From: a virus
Taxonomy: Duplodnaviria; Heunggongvirae; Uroviricota; Caudoviricetes
Strand: one strand, 5' to 3'
Length of the DNA: 64,000 nt
IMG/VR virus record: IMGVR_UViG_3300049219_000004
A program made the position numbers and the translations under genes. The notes beneath the pieces are model-generated. The model made no database searches. It had not been told where the DNA came from and was given only the letters and a program-made list of their open reading frames with translations. Numbering within the stretch: position 1 is the stretch's first letter; each line of letters opens with the position of its first letter. Shown piece after piece: positions 62,135 through 64,000 of the stretch.

Positions 62135-63095
62135 AGTTCTCTCCCTTAATCGTCTTACGATACTGAATCCAGCCACGGAAATTGCCCGACCACAATCTGC
62201 ATTTATTGTCCATGTGGGAAACACCATGTTCCCACGCGTTAGGAGGTGGAAGTCCGGGGCGTCGTTCCATCGGAGTAGCACAGTGTTCCAGTGCAGAAGC
62301 ATGCTTTTTATCGCTGCCTACCAGACGCTCGTAAAGCTCAATGCTCTTTTCCAGATCATAACCTTCATTGCGATACGAGACAGCGGCACAACGAGCACAC
62401 GACACTTTAATTGCGTCTTCTAGTGTGTACTCCGTAAACGCCTTGGCAGGTTCTGATTCATAGGGGTGAGACGAGAAGCTACCATAAATGCGTCGTTCGT
62501 CATTCCCACGTATTACGTCAATATACGGAAGATGCCACTCGCCCGCCTTCAGCAGTTCAGGCTTAGACACATCCTTAGCCTCACGCATCACACGTGCCAA
62601 TTCGTCAATCGTAGGGTCTGCTGCCAAGTCATCACGAAGCCAGAAGAAGTTGTCCCACTCTGTTCCGCTGATAACGGTTTTCTGCATCTGCCAAGGTTCC
62701 AATAGACGGTTGTACACTTGCTTGTGGTAGCCAGCTTCGTAGAACTTTCTTGCAAACGCAATGGCTGTGTCTTTAGCTGTTTCCCATGCTGATTCAGGAG
62801 AACGTTGTGCTTCTCCAAACATAACCGGAACGGTGTAATCTTCTCCTTTATCCTGCATACCAGCTTGATTTGCACCGAAGCGAACAGGACGACCTGAGAG
62901 TTGTGTCAGCATCTTTTCAAACGGCACAGCACGGCTACTAAAACTGTTACGCGACTTATCCCGGTGCGTGTTCAGTTCAGCCAGAATCAAACGCGGATAT
63001 TCGATTTCAAACGTCAGTAAGCGTACCCCTGCTTCGCTAATACTGTCGGCTAAGATGGTAGCCTTGATGCCGCATTTACCTTCTACTGTAATCAT
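62115..63095 (-). CDS. flavin-dependent thymidylate synthase (ThyX)-like protein
   Basis: 326 aa; ..LNTHRDKSRNSFSSRA.. matches ThyX RHRx7-8S signature (T in first position); ~320 aa typical of ThyX. Confidence 0.5.
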   Translation of the reverse strand: MITVEGKCGIKATILADSISEAGVRLLTFEIEYPRLILAELNTHRDKSRNSFSSRAVPFEKMLTQLSGRPVRFGANQAGMQDKGEDYTVPVMFGEAQRSPESAWETAKDTAIAFARKFYEAGYHKQVYNRLLEPWQMQKTVISGTEWDNFFWLRDDLAADPTIDELARVMREAKDVSKPELLKAGEWHLPYIDVIRGNDERRIYGSFSSHPYESEPAKAFTEYTLEDAIKVSCARCAAVSYRNEGYDLEKSIELYERLVGSDKKHASALEHCATPMERRPGLPPPNAWEHGVSHMDNKCRLWSGNFRGWIQYRKTIKGENYEEESA

Positions 63096-63247
63096 TCATC
63101 CTCCTTGCAGTACTCTTCCATCGCGTAGTCGTAGCCACTCCAGTTATCGACGCCAGCCCCTTCCAGACAGGACAACTTCCAATCACGATCCTGAAGTCTG
63201 TCATACTCTTTCTTGGAAATCGTAATTTCTTCGTTGTTCTCGCTCAT
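63092..63247 (-). CDS. small acidic protein (51 aa), not in supplied ORF track
   Basis: ATG at 63247; product MSENNEEITISKKEYDRLQDRDWKLSCLEGAGVDNWSGYDYAMEEYCKEDE; stop overlaps ThyX-like start (ATGA). Confidence 0.3.
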   Translation of the reverse strand: MSENNEEITISKKEYDRLQDRDWKLSCLEGAGVDNWSGYDYAMEEYCKEDE

Positions 63248-63552
63248 ACACCTACCGCTTTCAGGAACGCATGCACCTCTTCCACGCTCAGACGCTTCTG
63301 AAGAACGATGGTAGTGTTGTTATCAACGATGCTCACGTTATAATTTACGTTCGACTTTTCCAATTCCTTAAGGTTGGTCAAGTAGATGTAATCGGCCCGT
63401 CCACCTTCTGCTTCGAATTTTGGCTGAATACTCTGATCGTCTTTTACGAACATCACAATAGTTCCTACTTTAGTGCTGTGTTCTTCATCGTATCCTCCAA
63501 TAACTTCGTACTTTTTTCCGATGATAAATCCTGCGGATTGTGCTGGTGTCAT
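63244..63552 (-). CDS. hypothetical protein (start at Met with SD at 63552)
   Basis: AAGGAGAAACACAAATG context; longer frame to 63618 overlaps upstream gene. Confidence 0.4.
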   Translation of the reverse strand: MTPAQSAGFIIGKKYEVIGGYDEEHSTKVGTIVMFVKDDQSIQPKFEAEGGRADYIYLTNLKELEKSNVNYNVSIVDNNTTIVLQKRLSVEEVHAFLKAVGV

Positions 63553-63989
63553 TTGTGTTTCTCCTTGAAAAATATATGTTTTCCGATGCGTACGCATCGG
63601 GTCATTTTGGTTGCCCATGCTGGCCTAACGTAGGTAGCGTGGAAGTGAGTGCATTGTACAGCAACAGGCTTCATCTTGGCAACCTGTATGAAGCGTTGTA
63701 ACGCTTCCTTATTAGTTAGCGTCACGTTGTACACTTTACGTTCAGAATATCCTGAGAATTGCCTTGGCGCAGACACTACGTCACAGGCACTTTTCCCTGT
63801 CTTCTTCATACGCCGCAATACTACGTCTAAAACAGCTCTAGCGCCCTTCAGCGACTCTCCACGGGCTTCATCATGCACAACCCAAGCCATACAACGCCAA
63901 GGCTCAGGAGGCTTATATTCAAGCCGTGGAGGTATGGAAAGCTGAGAGCACGACATCATCAGAAGTAGTGCTACTATAATTTTTCTCAT
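63549..63989 (-). CDS. SleB-like cell wall hydrolase (Hydrolase_2 family) with signal peptide
   Basis: 146 aa; N-terminal signal-like MRKIIVALLLMMSCSQLS, core ..MAWVVHDEARGESLKGARAVLDVVLRRMK..CDVVSAPRQFS.. matching the SleB catalytic domain consensus (..nEArGE..G..aV..Vi.NR......pgQFs). Confidence 0.55.
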   Translation of the reverse strand: MRKIIVALLLMMSCSQLSIPPRLEYKPPEPWRCMAWVVHDEARGESLKGARAVLDVVLRRMKKTGKSACDVVSAPRQFSGYSERKVYNVTLTNKEALQRFIQVAKMKPVAVQCTHFHATYVRPAWATKMTRCVRIGKHIFFKEKHK

Positions 63990-64000
63990 GTTCCGTGCCT

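Noticed and set aside
1-64000. CRISPR arrays, integrase, CI-like repressor or other lysogeny modules
   Set aside because: Scanned both strands for regularly spaced 25-40-nt repeats and for integrase/recombinase-like ORFs and found none. The phage looks virulent, so the tRNA-like element at 48.6 kb is probably not a functional attP, though a relic cannot be excluded.

Overview
The window reads as most or all of a ~64 kb tailed-phage (siphovirus-like) genome. A partial ORF at its left edge suggests the window cuts a larger or circularly permuted molecule. Sigma70-like promoters and Shine-Dalgarno sites of the AAGGAG type point to an enterobacteria-like host. Two strand-segregated modules are visible.

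(1) Coordinates 1-28.9 kb, + strand: virion and lysis genes. A tRNA cluster (two tRNA-Ser, tRNA-Ile and two defective tRNA-like elements) is followed by terminase large subunit, portal, S49 prohead protease, scaffold, decoration protein, HK97-fold major capsid protein, neck and tail-tube genes, a tail-chaperone pair with a likely -1 frameshift, a 1816-aa tape measure protein, tail tip and fiber genes (one fiber ends in an S74 self-cleaving chaperone domain), a GH108 endolysin and membrane proteins.

(2) Coordinates 28.9-64 kb, - strand: early, replication and nucleotide-metabolism genes. These include a family-A DNA polymerase interrupted by a 323-aa intein, a primase-helicase, an SF1 helicase, SSB, a FEN-like exonuclease, RNR alpha/beta plus glutaredoxin, a ThyX-like protein, MazG, an HD 5'-nucleotidase, a metallophosphatase, three free-standing HNH endonucleases, an SPFH lipoprotein and a SleB-like wall hydrolase.

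The most interesting region is 29.8-38.4 kb. It holds an NAMPT-like gene and a PRPP-synthetase-like gene, the two-gene signature of a phage NAD+ reconstitution pathway of the NARP1 type, split by an HNH homing endonuclease. They sit in an island with a macro-domain protein and an overlapping partner, a vWA protein, a SLOG/DUF2493-like protein, a minimal HAD phosphatase and several Cys-rich mini-proteins. I interpret this island as an NAD+/ADP-ribose-centred candidate anti-defense system.

Other observations: a family of near-consensus promoters sharing an (A)GGTAGTG element just upstream of the -10; a conserved CCAAC...AAGGAG leader on many early genes; a TTTAAAC-iteron intergenic region at 48.9-49.2 kb that may be an origin; and a minus-strand tRNA-like element at 48.56-48.64 kb.
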